Translations under genes and position numbers: made by a program
Assembly (NCBI RefSeq): GCF_035084215.1
Contig: NC_090356.1
Location: 17,732,001-17,795,855, forward strand
Direction: 5' to 3'
DNA from: Heptranchias perlo
Lineage: Eukaryota
DNA: 63,855 nucleotides
The notes under the pieces: generated by a model
The model's database searches: none
Told to the model about the DNA's origin: nothing
What the model saw: only the letters and a program-made list of their open reading frames with translations
Shown: positions 1 to 12,000 of the stretch, piece by piece
How the letters are laid out: each line of letters begins with the position of its first letter
Numbering within the stretch: the first letter of the stretch is position 1

Positions 1-1266
1 AGCCAAACCTGGGCCTAAACCAGTAGGAAAAATGGTTCAAATCTGTTATCCCAGCTGAGGTGTTTGAATGTGTTTGTTTATTTATTGTTAGTTTACTAAC
101 AGGCTGGAATAGTTTAGTTTAATAACAAGCTAAAAGAATGAGAGAATCTAACAAACATTAATTTCTAATATTAAAAACAAGTTCAAAATCAGCTCGACAC
201 GATCAGTAGAAAGGGTTTCTTCTTATTTGGTGTCTTTTTTTAAACTGAGTGTAACAAAAAACAAATCAAACTTTACAGATTCCTGACAAATGTGAATGGA
301 TTTTCACCGATTGGGTAAATAAATCTCACTCTAATCTCCAGGAGTTCACCACTAACAAAAAACACAGTTTGTTTATACCCGAAAATTAAAATAACAAAAT
401 CCGAATTGATCAAACAGTCTGTGGCCTGTAACACCCAAAGGGCGACGGCTTCTGGTCATCTGCTCCCCGGTCACCCAGGCACTAATCCCGGGCAGGTGTC
501 CAGCGGTCCGAGTCACCCCGGTGACTGAATACGGTGAGAAATGTAACCACAGCGTTATTAGAAACGGCAGCTTCGAACAGAGAACCAGGGGGCTGACAGC
601 GGCTCGGGGGGATGGACACTGTGTGGGCACTGGGGGCGAACTGGTCAGACGGCTGCAACACTCACCAGCCCGGGGGCTGCCAGAGCTCAGTAACTAGGCA
701 GTGAACGGGGTAAATATTAACCAGTGAGTGGAGTCAGAGCCTGGGACAGAATGGGTGAAGGGCAGATTTTTTTAAAAAGGAGCTGTACTCTGTGTCCCTG
801 GTGCAGCCCGGGCTGGACACGATCATATTTAAACCGTTTTTAAAAACAGATTGTTTAACAAATCCGAACGTGGTCATTTGATGGGGAGCAGGTTTTATTT
901 TTTTAAATAAAAAACAACCCAGCCCAATTCGTACATTCCCCCATCACACCCACACCTTCCTGGGACTGGGCTGGGAAGGATGAAAAAGAACGAATCGGGA
1001 GAGAGGGACCGAGCCAACAAAATCAGGTCAACCCGAGATAACCCCAGGTTACCCGTAACATCCGCCGGGAGAGGAGGATTGGTTTGAAAATCCCTGGAGT
1101 GAAATATATTTTTAAGCCCCTAACTTTAAGTCACGGGGTGAAAATCACTCTTTGAATCACATGTTTACGGACCGTCCGGGGTTTAACCCCAGAGCCGGTC
1201 TGCAGCTTGGTTCTGGTTTACTAAATCTTCACTTTATGATTGACATTGAGAGCTTGAGATTTCAAA

Positions 1267-1507
1267 AAGGAGGGGGAACGGGAGGGAGAACGGTGAGGGA
1301 ACGGGAGAGGGAATGGGAGGGAGAACGGGAGAGGGAACGGGAAGGATACGAATGGGGAAAGGGGGAACGGGAGAGAGAACGGGAGAGGGGACGGGAAGGG
1401 GAATGGGAGAGGGAACGGGAGTGGGAGAGGGAACGGGAAGGGGAATGGGAGAGGGAACGGGAGGGGGACGAATGGGGAAAGGGGCGGGTGGGGGAACAGG
1501 AGAGGGA
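1267..1507 (+). repeat. Purine-rich hexamer microsatellite (GGGAAC/GGGAGA/GGGAAT)n
   Basis: Directly visible GGG-spaced hexamers. They generate the low-complexity EREREW and FPLPF ORFs. Confidence 0.92.
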
Positions 1508-1966
1508 CGTGGTCTTTGCTCGGATTTTCTCTCGTTTTGACCCCAGATCCTCCTCGCTTTCCCCCCGCGGACATTACCTCTCCGGCCCCCCGGCTCACCT
1601 CTCGCCTACAGTGGGGAGAGTTTCCCACTCGGGCGATCACCGGCAGCGAAGCCGTTCCAGAGCGGGGCGATTCCGGGGAGACGGACATGAAACGGCCGCC
1701 CATCCAACCCCCCGAGACCGGAGGACAAGAGACCCGGAGTGCCGTAAAATCTCCCCTTGCTCCCCGGCCGGACCCCGGCACCGACTGGGCTCCGGCTCCG
1801 GCCACTCCTGGCGATCGGGTCCGTCCCGCCAGCCGCTGGTCCAACAAACCCCGGGACCCGACCTCTCGGAGCTGCCGCTTCACCCGGGCGGCCCCGAGTC
1901 GGTGAGAATCTGCTCAAACGCCCGACCACACCGCAAGAAATAGCCGGGATCCAACCGGAGACTCAC

Positions 1967-2130
1967 CGGTCGCTCGCCCGCCGCCGCTCAGCGTCTCCTG
2001 TGACTGAGAGCCGGGGGTCTCGGGACCCCCAACAGCCCACGGTGGGTCTGAGTCGCGGCCGCTTTCTGAGCCAGCAGAAGTTTTTTTTACAAATGACATT
2101 TTCTCAACAGTTTTTACCTTTTAATCAGCA
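1967..2130 (-). other. Probable first exon of a minus-strand gene, by synteny NBL1 (DAN)
   Basis: TATA box at 2158-2171 about 30 nt upstream of the inferred start, CCG|GTGAGT donor at 1967/1966, inside a CpG island. NBL1 lies downstream of MICOS10 on the same strand in other vertebrates. No NBL1 coding sequence is visible here. Confidence 0.5.
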
Positions 2131-3036
2131 AAACGTTGTCCAGAGTTGGTGTCTCCCTTTATATATATAAAACAACCCTTCGGATATAAAGAGGCTGTTT
2201 ATACTGAAAGAGGAGGCGGCGAGTCTGAGCAGATCAGGAACCGGCTGCTCTCAATCTCAGATTCAAACTAGAAAATCGGTAAAGTTTTTTTTATAATGAA
2301 ACTCAATGAGAGCGAGAGGTCGGAGCCGCGCTGTTGAATGGGGACCAAGTTGACCGCAGTCAGGGGACATTCACACACTCACTGCCAGTGTACCAGGACT
2401 TGGGGGAGGCTCTGTAATAGTTGGTGGGACACCTGTATTTAACCCTCCCTCTGGTTCCTGCTCTGTATTCAAACAGATTTTCTGCATTTCAGCAGATTAA
2501 TTCTTTCGTTTGTCAAATTTACTTTAAGCGGGATCTCAGTCACAAAGTCCACTGCTAACCAAGGATGTCAAGTTTTAGAAACGGGCTGTGCCAACCAGGG
2601 TGGAATTTGGGGATCAACCTGAATCAACAGAGTGTAGTTTACAAACTGAACCAAACGGGCTCGGAGTGTTGGAGCGGCCACACGAAGTAATAAGATGCCG
2701 GGTGGGGTCAGCATTTCAGACCGATTGGGTTCCTAATCTCAGTTGTGCCGTCAGTGGGAAACAAAAATCAGAAAGTCACCCCTGGCCACATGTGTATGGC
2801 TCCTACAACCTGGTGATCAAGTAATATTTTCAGACTCCTAACTAGGGTGTGTCTCAGCTGGGCCGGTGAAAGGGGAAGAGAGGACAAAATAAAAACAATT
2901 TAACAGAGAAATAACAACCCATAAATTCAGATGTACACATTGTTATATTCATCAAAGTGAGGGTTGTCAGTGCTGGGGATTGGAACATTTTCCATTTCTG
3001 ATACCAGACAAACATTAGTCACTCTCAGATCAGGTC

Positions 3037-3380
3037 CAGAGTAAAGCTCCCTCTACACTGCCCATCAAGCATTCTCGGGTCAGGTAGAGCGTGGGTTAGA
3101 TGCAAAGTACCCTGTACATTGCCACATCAAGCATTCACAGGTAAGGTTCCGCATGGGTTAGATGCAGAGTAAAGCTCCCTCTACACTGCCCATCAAGCAT
3201 TCTCGGGTCAGGTAGAGCGTGGGTTAGATGCAAAGTACCCTGTACATTGCCACATCAAGCATTCACAGGTAAGGTTCCGCATGGGTTAGATGCAGAGTAA
3301 AGTACCCTGTACATTGCCACATCAAGCATTCACAGGTAAGGTTCCGCATGGGTTAGATGCAGAGTAAAGTACCCTGTACA
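3037..3380 (+). repeat. Tandem array of 61-67-bp units (cagagtaaagctccctctacactg...gggttagatg) with a 128-bp higher-order period
   Basis: The block at 3037 recurs at 3165, followed by 67-bp units at 3293 and 3360. A related dispersed copy is at about 7780-7900. Confidence 0.9.
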
Positions 3381-5732
3381 TCACATTAATTTGCCTCAGC
3401 CCCAATCTCAGAAAAGTGTCCTCTAATGCACCAGTGTGACGATTTCTAGTTCCTACATTCGTCATCACGTGAGGTTGCCCATTAGTGCTCAATTAGGTTC
3501 AGTTTTGTGTTGTGGGCCCATATCTAGGATTGGGTTGAGAGGGTGTAGGACCCTTACAGCCAGCAGCAAACAGAGTGGGCTTTCAGCCTGTAAGCCTGGG
3601 TTGGTTTTGAACCCAAGTGCCAGAGATGAAAGAATTTTGTCCTTCCGTGTAAGGAGTTGCTATTACTGTTCAGGGATTTTGCTCACTAAACAATGGGATG
3701 AGTTCCACAGAGTAATAAACAGATTAGAATTATTGAATGTATTTCAGTTACCAAAATTATACATGAAGAGAAATGACACAGATAAAAGCAGAACTTGTCA
3801 CTGTATTGGTGCAACATCACTGCTGCACATTTAACCGCTGAGTGACAGGAATCTGCAGATTGCAGCAAGCCCAGAGGGTCCTTTCATAGTAGTAGTATGA
3901 TACAGCCATTCGGCCCATCGTGCCTATGCCGGCTTTTTGAAAGAGCTATCCAGTTAGTCCCACAGCCCTGCTATAGTTTCACAACAGTCAAATTGTAAAA
4001 TGAATAAATCTATTCCACTTATCAAAGTTAATTTTTTTGAATTTAGTACAAAATTGTACTCAACTTAATCATTCACTGAACAGGAATTCAAATATGTCTT
4101 TTTTTTCATTTACTGAAGGTGCTGATTTTTCTGTTGACCAAGTGACAAATCGTCAAATGTGAGCCTGGACAATGAGCGGCAATAGGCCATTTGACTACAA
4201 GAGGACACAACAGCGGAATCCAATCCTCTCCTCACCCAAAAAGCACACCCCATACTTTCGAGCTGCAGTCACTGATTGGTGATCAGGCGTGGGAACCCTG
4301 CTGATTTCTTGCCCTCATCCCAGGGCTCTGAGACTAACTATAGCACACCTACTGACATCCCCGTTAGATCAGCTAACTCAGAACGTGGGGCCTGCCTGTG
4401 AGTATAAATAGTGGGGGTAATTTTCAACTCCACCGCCTGGGCAGCAACCTGGTGGAGCGGGTTCCTCACCCATTGTAAAACCCGCGCAATGTTCATTCCA
4501 TTGGTTCCATGGAACTAAAATCAGACCGTTTCTACAACAAGGAGTGACCTGCTCTTCTAAGTTAACGTAGTTTACTAACACGGTACTGATGGAGTCCAAA
4601 ATCTGAGTGTTTTTTTTTTAAACTCACAAACAGTTAAATTATTACTTTCTATAGAATCAATCCGTGATTTTCAGATTCGATTACCTTCTTGAAGCCCATC
4701 GGTCTTTACAGCCACAACGGGGGCTCCGCATTCACCGTCGGCGTGGAATAAGATTAAAATAAAATCAGATCAGTTAAGCCTTCTTCGGTTAGCTCTGGTT
4801 TCTTTGTAACCTATTACAAATAAACTTATGTAAGCGCCAAGTCTTTGACATGTGAGCAGAACCGGATTGAGAATTATTGGGGCTGTAGTTACTGCCGTTC
4901 ACTAAGAGGGGGGAAATGAGCCAGGGATCCCTTACCTGACCACTGGAGAATGACTTCTGCTGGAAAATGTGCATATGTAGGGGTTGGATGAGGTCAGGAT
5001 TGGGCGCAGTTGTGACGCCCCTCCCAGTTGAATACCCTGCTGGAACTCACCGGCTAGATTCACGTATGAAGAATAGTTTTTCGTCGAGGTACTAGAGACT
5101 AGTAGCTTTTGATACCTGACTCCGGTGTGAGTCTGCACTGTCAGAGGAGGGGAAAATCTAGCGAAAAAAGCAAGCAGTGAGATGGGAAAGTGAAGAGACT
5201 TTACCTTTGGTTGAGAAAATTACTTGATTCTTCTTCGCTTGGAACCTTGACAATGCTGAATGATTTCTCCTTGAAAACGCATCAATATATTTCCAGATTA
5301 ATTGAATTAAATCGTTTACTGAGGTTGAGGAATGCGGTAGAGATTCCTCCAGTTAGAACGTCGTATAATCCAGAATCACTGTCAATATAAGGAATCACCA
5401 GCCTTGCAGCGCCGTGTAACTGGAACACATTTTTACATTCTGCTACACCCCATCTGGCTTTATTCCTAAAACCTACTTACAGTGGGCGGTGCTCAGAGTT
5501 ATTTTGTGACAGATGTAACAAGTCTGATAGAGTCCTTGGTATTACCAATCCCTGATGTGATAGCCCCCTCCCCTCAGGGCTGTGTACAACCTGAATGGAT
5601 TTGTCAAAGGAGAACGGATAATTAAAAGTGGATCAAAAGCAAAATACTGGGGATGCTGGAAATCTGAAATAAAAGCAGAAAATGCTGGAGGAGCTCAGCA
5701 AGTCAGGCAGCATCTGTGGAGAAAGGAACAGC

Positions 5733-5768
5733 GTTAACGTTTCAGGTCGAAGACCTTTCGTCAGAACT
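5733..5768 (-). ncRNA. Minimal type I hammerhead ribozyme, inverted copy
   Basis: Reverse complement of the 7216-7252 motif with an identical core. Stem I is one pair shorter. Confidence 0.7.
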
Positions 5769-6334
5769 GGAAGATGTTAAACGAGTTAAAGTTTTTGAGC
5801 AAGTACAGAGCCAGGGAAAGGGAGGGAGGGGGGAGGAAAGAACAAAAGGGAAGGTCTGTGATAGGGTAGAGGGCAGGAGTGATTAAATGACAAAAGGGAT
5901 GATGGTGCAAGGCAAGGAAGGTGGTGATGGGACAGGTTAAGAAACAAAAGATTGGTCAGGAGTAGCTATAAGTGGCAGCAGCAGAACCATTACCAGCACT
6001 AGCTGACCGAAAAAATGGGAGCAGTGGTTATGATCTGAAGTTACTGAAATCAATGTTGAGTCCGGAAGTTGTAAAGTGCCTAAACAAAAGATGAGGTGCT
6101 GTTCCTCGAGCTTACATTGAGTTTCATTGGAACAGTGTAAGAGGCAGAGGACAGAGAGGTCAGAGTGGGAGCGGGAAGGGGAATTAAAATAGCAAGAGAC
6201 CGGCAGGTCAGGGTCACACTTGCGGACAGGGCTGACATGTTCAGCAAAGCGACTACCCAGTCTGCGTTTGATCTCCCCAATGTAGAGGAGACCGCATTGT
6301 GTGCAGCGGATACAGTATACTAAATTGAAAGAAG

Positions 6335-6957
6335 ATAGGGTCCTCCTTTGTCCTCACCTTCCACCACACCAGCCTCCACATTCAATGTATCATCCTCCAC
6401 CATTTCCGCCACCTCCAGCGCGATCCCACCACCAAACACATCTTCCCCTCCCCCCTTTCAGCATTCCGAAGGGACCGCTCTCTGCCACACCCTGGTCCAC
6501 TCTTCCATCACCCCCCAACACCCGCTCTCATCCCCACAGCACCTTCCTGTGCGAGTGCAGGAGATGCAACACCTGCCCCTTCACCTCTTCCCTTCCCACC
6601 GTCCAGGGCCCCAAACACTCCTTCCAGGTGAAACAGCAGTTTACTTGTACTTCTTTCAATTTAGTATACTGTATCCACTGCACACAATGCGGTCTCCTCT
6701 ACATTGGCGAGACCAAACGCAGATTGGGTGGTCGCTTTGCTGAACACCTCCGCTCTGTCTGCAAGCATGACCCTGACCTGCCGGTCGTTTGCCATTTTAA
6801 TTCCCTTTCCCACTCCCACTCTGACCTCTCTGCCCTCAGCCTCTCACACTGTTCCAATGAAGATCAATGGAGGCTCGAGGAACAGCACCTCATCTTTCAT
6901 TTAGGCACTTTACAACCTTCTGGACTCAACATTGATTTCAATAACTTCAGATTATAA
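6335..6957 (+). pseudogene. PLE C-terminal fragment with Cys-rich linker and GIY-YIG endonuclease
   Basis: CRRCNTC...FTCTSFNLVYCIHCTQCGLLYIGETKRRLGGRFAEH...HFN...EQHLIFHLGTLQPSGLN is a canonical Penelope endonuclease. No start codon or RT domain. Confidence 0.9.
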
Positions 6958-7215
6958 CCACTGCTCCCATTTTTTCGGTCAGCCAGTGCTGGTAATGGTT
7001 CTGCTGCTGCCATTTACAGCTACTCCTGATCAACCTTTTGTTTCTTAACCTGTCCCATCACCACCCTCCTTGCCTTGCACCATCATCCCTTTTTCATTTA
7101 ATCACTCCTGTCCTCCTCCCTATCACAGACCTTCCCTTTTGTTCTTTCCTCCCCCCTCCCTCCCTTTCCCTGGCTCTGTACTTGCTCAAAAACTTTAACT
7201 CTTTTAACATCTTCC

Positions 7216-7252
7216 AGTTCTGACGAAAGGTCTTCGACCTGAAACGTTAACT
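7216..7252 (+). ncRNA. Minimal type I hammerhead ribozyme in PLE terminal repeat
   Basis: agtt-CTGACGA-a-AGGTC-ttc-GACCT-GAA-ACGT-t-aact: conserved core, 5-bp stem II, palindromic helix III, 4-bp stem I. Confidence 0.75.
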
Positions 7253-8039
7253 CTGTTTCTTTCTCCACAGATGCTGCCTGACTTGCTGAGCTTCTCCAGC
7301 ATTTTCTGTTTTAATTAAAAGTGGAACAGCTGCAAGGAGCGGAAACGCGCCCTGGAGGAAATATAAGGTCCGGGAGCAGTCCTGATCCTCGCCGTTGGAA
7401 TGTGCACTAGAGCCGTCTGCTTTGATATCAGCTCCCGCCCTAATCCTCACCACCGCCTTAATGCGGCCTTCGTCTACATGTGATCCATAAAATTAATGGC
7501 TTTAAAATCTCTCAATTTGATCTTACAGGAAGAATCGCTGTTTAACGACTGATGTGGTTTGTTACATTGTTTTCCGACAAAAAAAAGCTACAGTGATACT
7601 GACTGGCCTGAGATGTGAATTCACTGAGAGCCGAGTCATCTTGATGCATTGTGCGGAGTTCACAGTTGGGGGCGGGGACACATTCTAGCCTAGCGAGAAC
7701 GCCAGAAAACGCTGCTGGAATCGTGAAGTTCCTTTTTAAATAACGTTTTGTGTTTAGCAAGTTAGTTAATGCTGAGTAATGGAAACATTTTCCATTTCAG
7801 GTACACCAGCATCAAGTATCCCCAGGACAAGTAAAGCAGGAGTTAGATACAGAGTAAAGCTCCCTCTGCACTGCCCCATCAAGCACTTCCAGGTCAGGTA
7901 CTTGGTGTTGTCCCTATGGGGCCCAGTCTGCCTGTTTAGGTAGATGTTAATGATCCCTTGGTACTGTTTTGAAGAAGAGCAAGGAGTTGTCCTGGACAAC
8001 ATTCCTTCCTCAGTCAAAACAGATTAACTGGTCATTCAA

Positions 8040-9060
8040 CAACAATAACAACTTGCATTTACATAGCAGCTTTAACATAAGAAAATGTCCTGAGGTGCTT
8101 CACAAACAAGTGTAAGCAAGAAGAGCTGAGCTGGAAGGGAAAGCTTAGGAGGGGTGATCAAAAGCTTAGTCAAAGAAATAGGTCGATGTTTTTGCAGGTG
8201 GAAAGAGAGAGGTGTCGAGGTGAAAAGATTTTTAGAGAGAGTCAAAGAGTAGGACAAAGGCTCTGCTACCGATGGCGAGGCAAAGGGAGAGAGGATGCAC
8301 AGAAATCTGAAATCAGAGGAAAGGGGCATTCAAGGAGTGTTATTGGACTGAAAGAGATTGCAGAGATAGGTTGGAGCAAGGCTTTGGAAGGATTTATTGA
8401 TCAGGACCAGGATTTTAAATGTGATACATTGGAGTACAGCTAGTGTAAGACCAGCAAGGACAATATGATGGACAGAAGGGAATCTCATGTGTCTGGCATC
8501 ATAAGTCATAACTTCCTCCAGCACAACATTAGAAGACCAAAGCCATCATGTGATGGGACAGAATGTGTGTGAAAGAGTTTTGGACAAGTTGGGGATGGGA
8601 GGCCAGTGAGGGAAGCATTGGAGTAGTCAAGTCTAGAGGTAACAAAGGGTCATAGCAGTGGAAGGGCTGAGATAGGGCAATGATGTTGAGGTGGATCTAA
8701 GCAGTCTTGGTGATGGACAAATGTGGTGTCTGAAGCTCCAGTCTGAGTTGAATAGGATGCTGACATTATGAATGGTCTGGTTTAGCCTGAGAGAATGGCC
8801 AGGGAAGGGAGTGGAGCTCATGACGGAGGTCAAAGATGACGGCTTTGGTATCTAATGTTGTGCTGGAGGAAGTTATGACTTGTGATGCCAGACAGGAAGT
8901 GTGGCAGCATGGAGGTAGTCAAAGGGTCGAGAGAAGTGATGGAGAAATGGATCTGTACACATCTCAGTACATGTGAAAACTGACCCTGTGCTTGCAGATA
9001 ATGTTGCTGAGGGACAAAACATAGATAAGGAGGTAGGGGTTAATCCTTGGGGGACTCCAG
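8040..9060 (-). mobile_element. Degenerate L2 LINE 3' part
   Basis: IICKHRVSFHMY and ITFKILVL...LAPTYL remnants plus the aacaacttgcattta 3' tail. Confidence 0.75.
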
Positions 9061-12000
9061 AAGAGGTAACATAATTGCTGTTTGTGGGTTCTTGCTGTGT
9101 TAAAAATAGTTGGTGTTTTGCCTACATAACAACAGCCACTGCACTTCAAATAATTCATTGTATGTGAAGCACTTTGGGACATTTCTGAGAGACTTGATAA
9201 ATTGCTAAACTGAGATTATGTGACAAATGAAAACAGACAGCGCTTTAAAAAATTATTAAATCAGTGCGATTATTGTAGTCTGCACAGGTCACATTACAGT
9301 GAGCTGTCGGCCACTATCCGGTGACTTCTAATGAAAAATACACGTGTGGACATTAGACTGGGACATATTTTGGCTAAACTGTGATGCCATCCACAGTCAA
9401 ATAGGCTGCCTAGTGGAAAAATGGCACTTGGGTAAGATACTGGAGGATGGCGAGCACCTGTGGACCTTTACCCCAACCCTCAGGAGAGATGGGGGTAATT
9501 GGAGGAAAATATGGCAATGAGCAGTAGGGATATATTCAGAAAATACTTTGTGATTGTCAGTGTTCCTTTACTTGAAAGGAGGCATTTACTTGTCAATTAT
9601 TCCACTGTTGACCAATCTTTTACCGGTGCTGCAATAGGCCATATGGTAAAACTTCTGATGCCGCAAATTGAACATTTTCAGCTGTCTTCTGCACACATTT
9701 CTTTTGCTACATCGACTCAGTCGCTGATATCTGCTGGGAGTCTCCCCCTCCTTTCTCTCTCATGTACTGGATATTAGTCAGACCACTGTAACAGTCTGTT
9801 GCTTGAGAGGGTGATGACAGGAGGTGGGTTAGCGGCGAAGTTATTCTGCAGACACCGATACTAGTGCAGGAGCTGGGAGAATCCGAGAGGCGCAGTTGGA
9901 TATATATTTATAGCTTTGTTTCAGTATAGACAGCAACATACTCATTGAAGTCACTGTGAATGGATAATAGTGTCGTTTAGAAAAACACATTACTCAATTT
10001 AATTAATAAACAAACCAAAAAAATTTAGTTTTGCCATTCAGGTAGAAATCTCCAACCAACGTTGCCTGGTTTCTGAACATGAAATGGACAAGGTTCCAAA
10101 TCTGCACATGCTTAAAATTAAAACCCCAATTACTGAAGCAATTCTATTTATCAGTTTTTAAAAATCAATCATTTTCAAACAAACTATATTATTAAAATTA
10201 ATTGTGTCGAGTGTTACTTTTGAGCAAGCTGATAGGTCCGAGGGATATGAGATCAAAATAATCAAGCCAAGAATCAATACGGGGTTTCACTAAGTCTTAC
10301 TTCGTAAAGTTTCATATGAAACTAATGAAGCCACCCGAATATCATTCCATTTATCAGATTCTCTCAGTCTAGGAAGCCCTATTTTTCTTATCAGTTTCTA
10401 AACTCTGAAAGTTATATTACTAAGGTATCTCCTCTATTACGACATCAAGGTTGTGGTATCCTGGTTGCAGTAACAATGCAAGAGAAGTTGGTATAAGGGT
10501 GAGGTTATGATTAATAATTATGATCATTTGAGACAGTTTAATTTTTAATCGTTTATTTTGATATAAAATGGAAAACGCAATCAGAAAAAACATGTTGATG
10601 ACCTCAAAGAAAATAGGCAGATAGTGAGGGAGGGGCATATAGCGGTGGCTTGGGCAATTTATCCATACCTCTGGACATTTCTTTCCACAGAAAAGCAAAA
10701 AAGAATGCTCCCCAATTGTTCAGTTGGTAGCAAACTCTATGCTTGACTGGTGGGGAAAATATGCAGGAATGAGATCTGGTAAAGTAGCATTTGCGGACGT
10801 GTATGTATACCGCCTAAAAATATCCTTTGCAGCATCATCACACACTACAACTCTAACTGGATCACAGCAAGGTCATATAGATTTATTCAAAAAGGGCACG
10901 TCTGTATGTTGTTCTTACAGAAAATGGAAGAGAGTCCGAACATAGTGATAGAAAATGTGTGAGAACCAGAGAGAAAGACACAGGAACAATCAATCAGAGA
11001 GCGAAAGGCAAACAGAGTTACAAGAGATGCAAAGTTTTAAAAAAAAATACTTTTGTCCTTAAGCAATTCTATGGAAAATCAACTGGTATTTCCAAGTGGA
11101 CAGAAATGATTTTTAAAAATCTATATCGTGTGACGCAAATGTCGAAATCATATTCACAGACAAGAGTTTAATTTGATTTGATTAGTTTCATGAACCAGTC
11201 ACAGCACAGCTTCCTATTTTCATGTATCTCAATGTTTAGGCGAATTATATAACGAAGTGTGACGAGCACAAGTCAAAAATTGAAACATAACCACCTCAAG
11301 CACTACTGTTATTTCGTGCTGCAGACACTGACAGTTTTTGGAATCCCAATATTTAATTCACTTAAAGATTGAGTTTTTTCCTTTAAAAATAACCAAGATT
11401 TTCAAGAGTAATTATGAATACACATTTTGCAATTTTGTTTTTAACGAGAATATCTTCTATGGCATTGCTCACAGTAAATCAGAGGCTACACTAAAAAAAA
11501 ACCTTTTCACGGTGACGCTGGCAAGGCCTCATTTATTGCTCATCCATACTTGCCCCGAAAAGGTAATGCAATGGTGGGATTTGAACTCACGATCTTTAAT
11601 GTGCTAGTTTAGGATCATAACCATTACACTGCCCTATCTCAACTAGAGTTGGAAAAAAACAGAAATGATTCCTTTATTTCTCTTTTTAATACTTTTTATT
11701 TTAAAAGTGTTGCTGGTGTGATCCTGGACAGTGTCAGCAAGCTATTCAACCATGCAGAGCATCAGAGCTGAGCTCAACCCTGTCCTTAGCTACACACTTT
11801 CCAACAGGATAGCTGGAGTGGAAACGTTGCATTAGTTTTCTCTTTCATAATCCACTTGTAGTACCTGGAGTGCAGCCTTTGCCGAGGTCAGCCAACTCCG
11901 CACAGATCAGATTTGGAATCTGGGACCTTCCCGCACTCAGTGCCACCCTGGGCAAGCTGTTTAAGTTTATGAAGGGGGTACTGATTATGAACTCCGTCCA

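Larger units (their letters stand above)
420..2350. promoter_or_regulatory. CpG island with palindromic TATA element TTTATATATATAAA (2158-2171)
   Basis: High CpG density at about 420-700 and 1500-2350 compared with the rest of the window. Confidence 0.7.
5633..7311. mobile_element. Penelope-like retroelement (PLE), 5'-truncated, with inverted 3' ends
   Basis: About 5670-6334 is the reverse complement of 6650-7311. 14-bp TSD TAATTAAAAGTGGA at 5619-5632 and 7312-7325. Contains a GIY-YIG ORF. Confidence 0.92.

Noticed and set aside
1152-1943. 263-aa ORF and overlapping ORFs in the left CpG island
   Set aside because: They arise from a stop-poor microsatellite plus GC-rich DNA, are open in several frames, and have no recognisable domain.
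3037-3380. CRISPR-like appearance of the periodic repeats
   Set aside because: Units are contiguous with no unique spacers, the context is vertebrate, and there are no cas genes.
6301-6957. Domesticated GIY-YIG nuclease gene
   Set aside because: The listed start is a GTG in the inverted arm, the N-terminal part is out-of-frame PLE sequence, and the ORF sits inside a TSD-flanked insertion.
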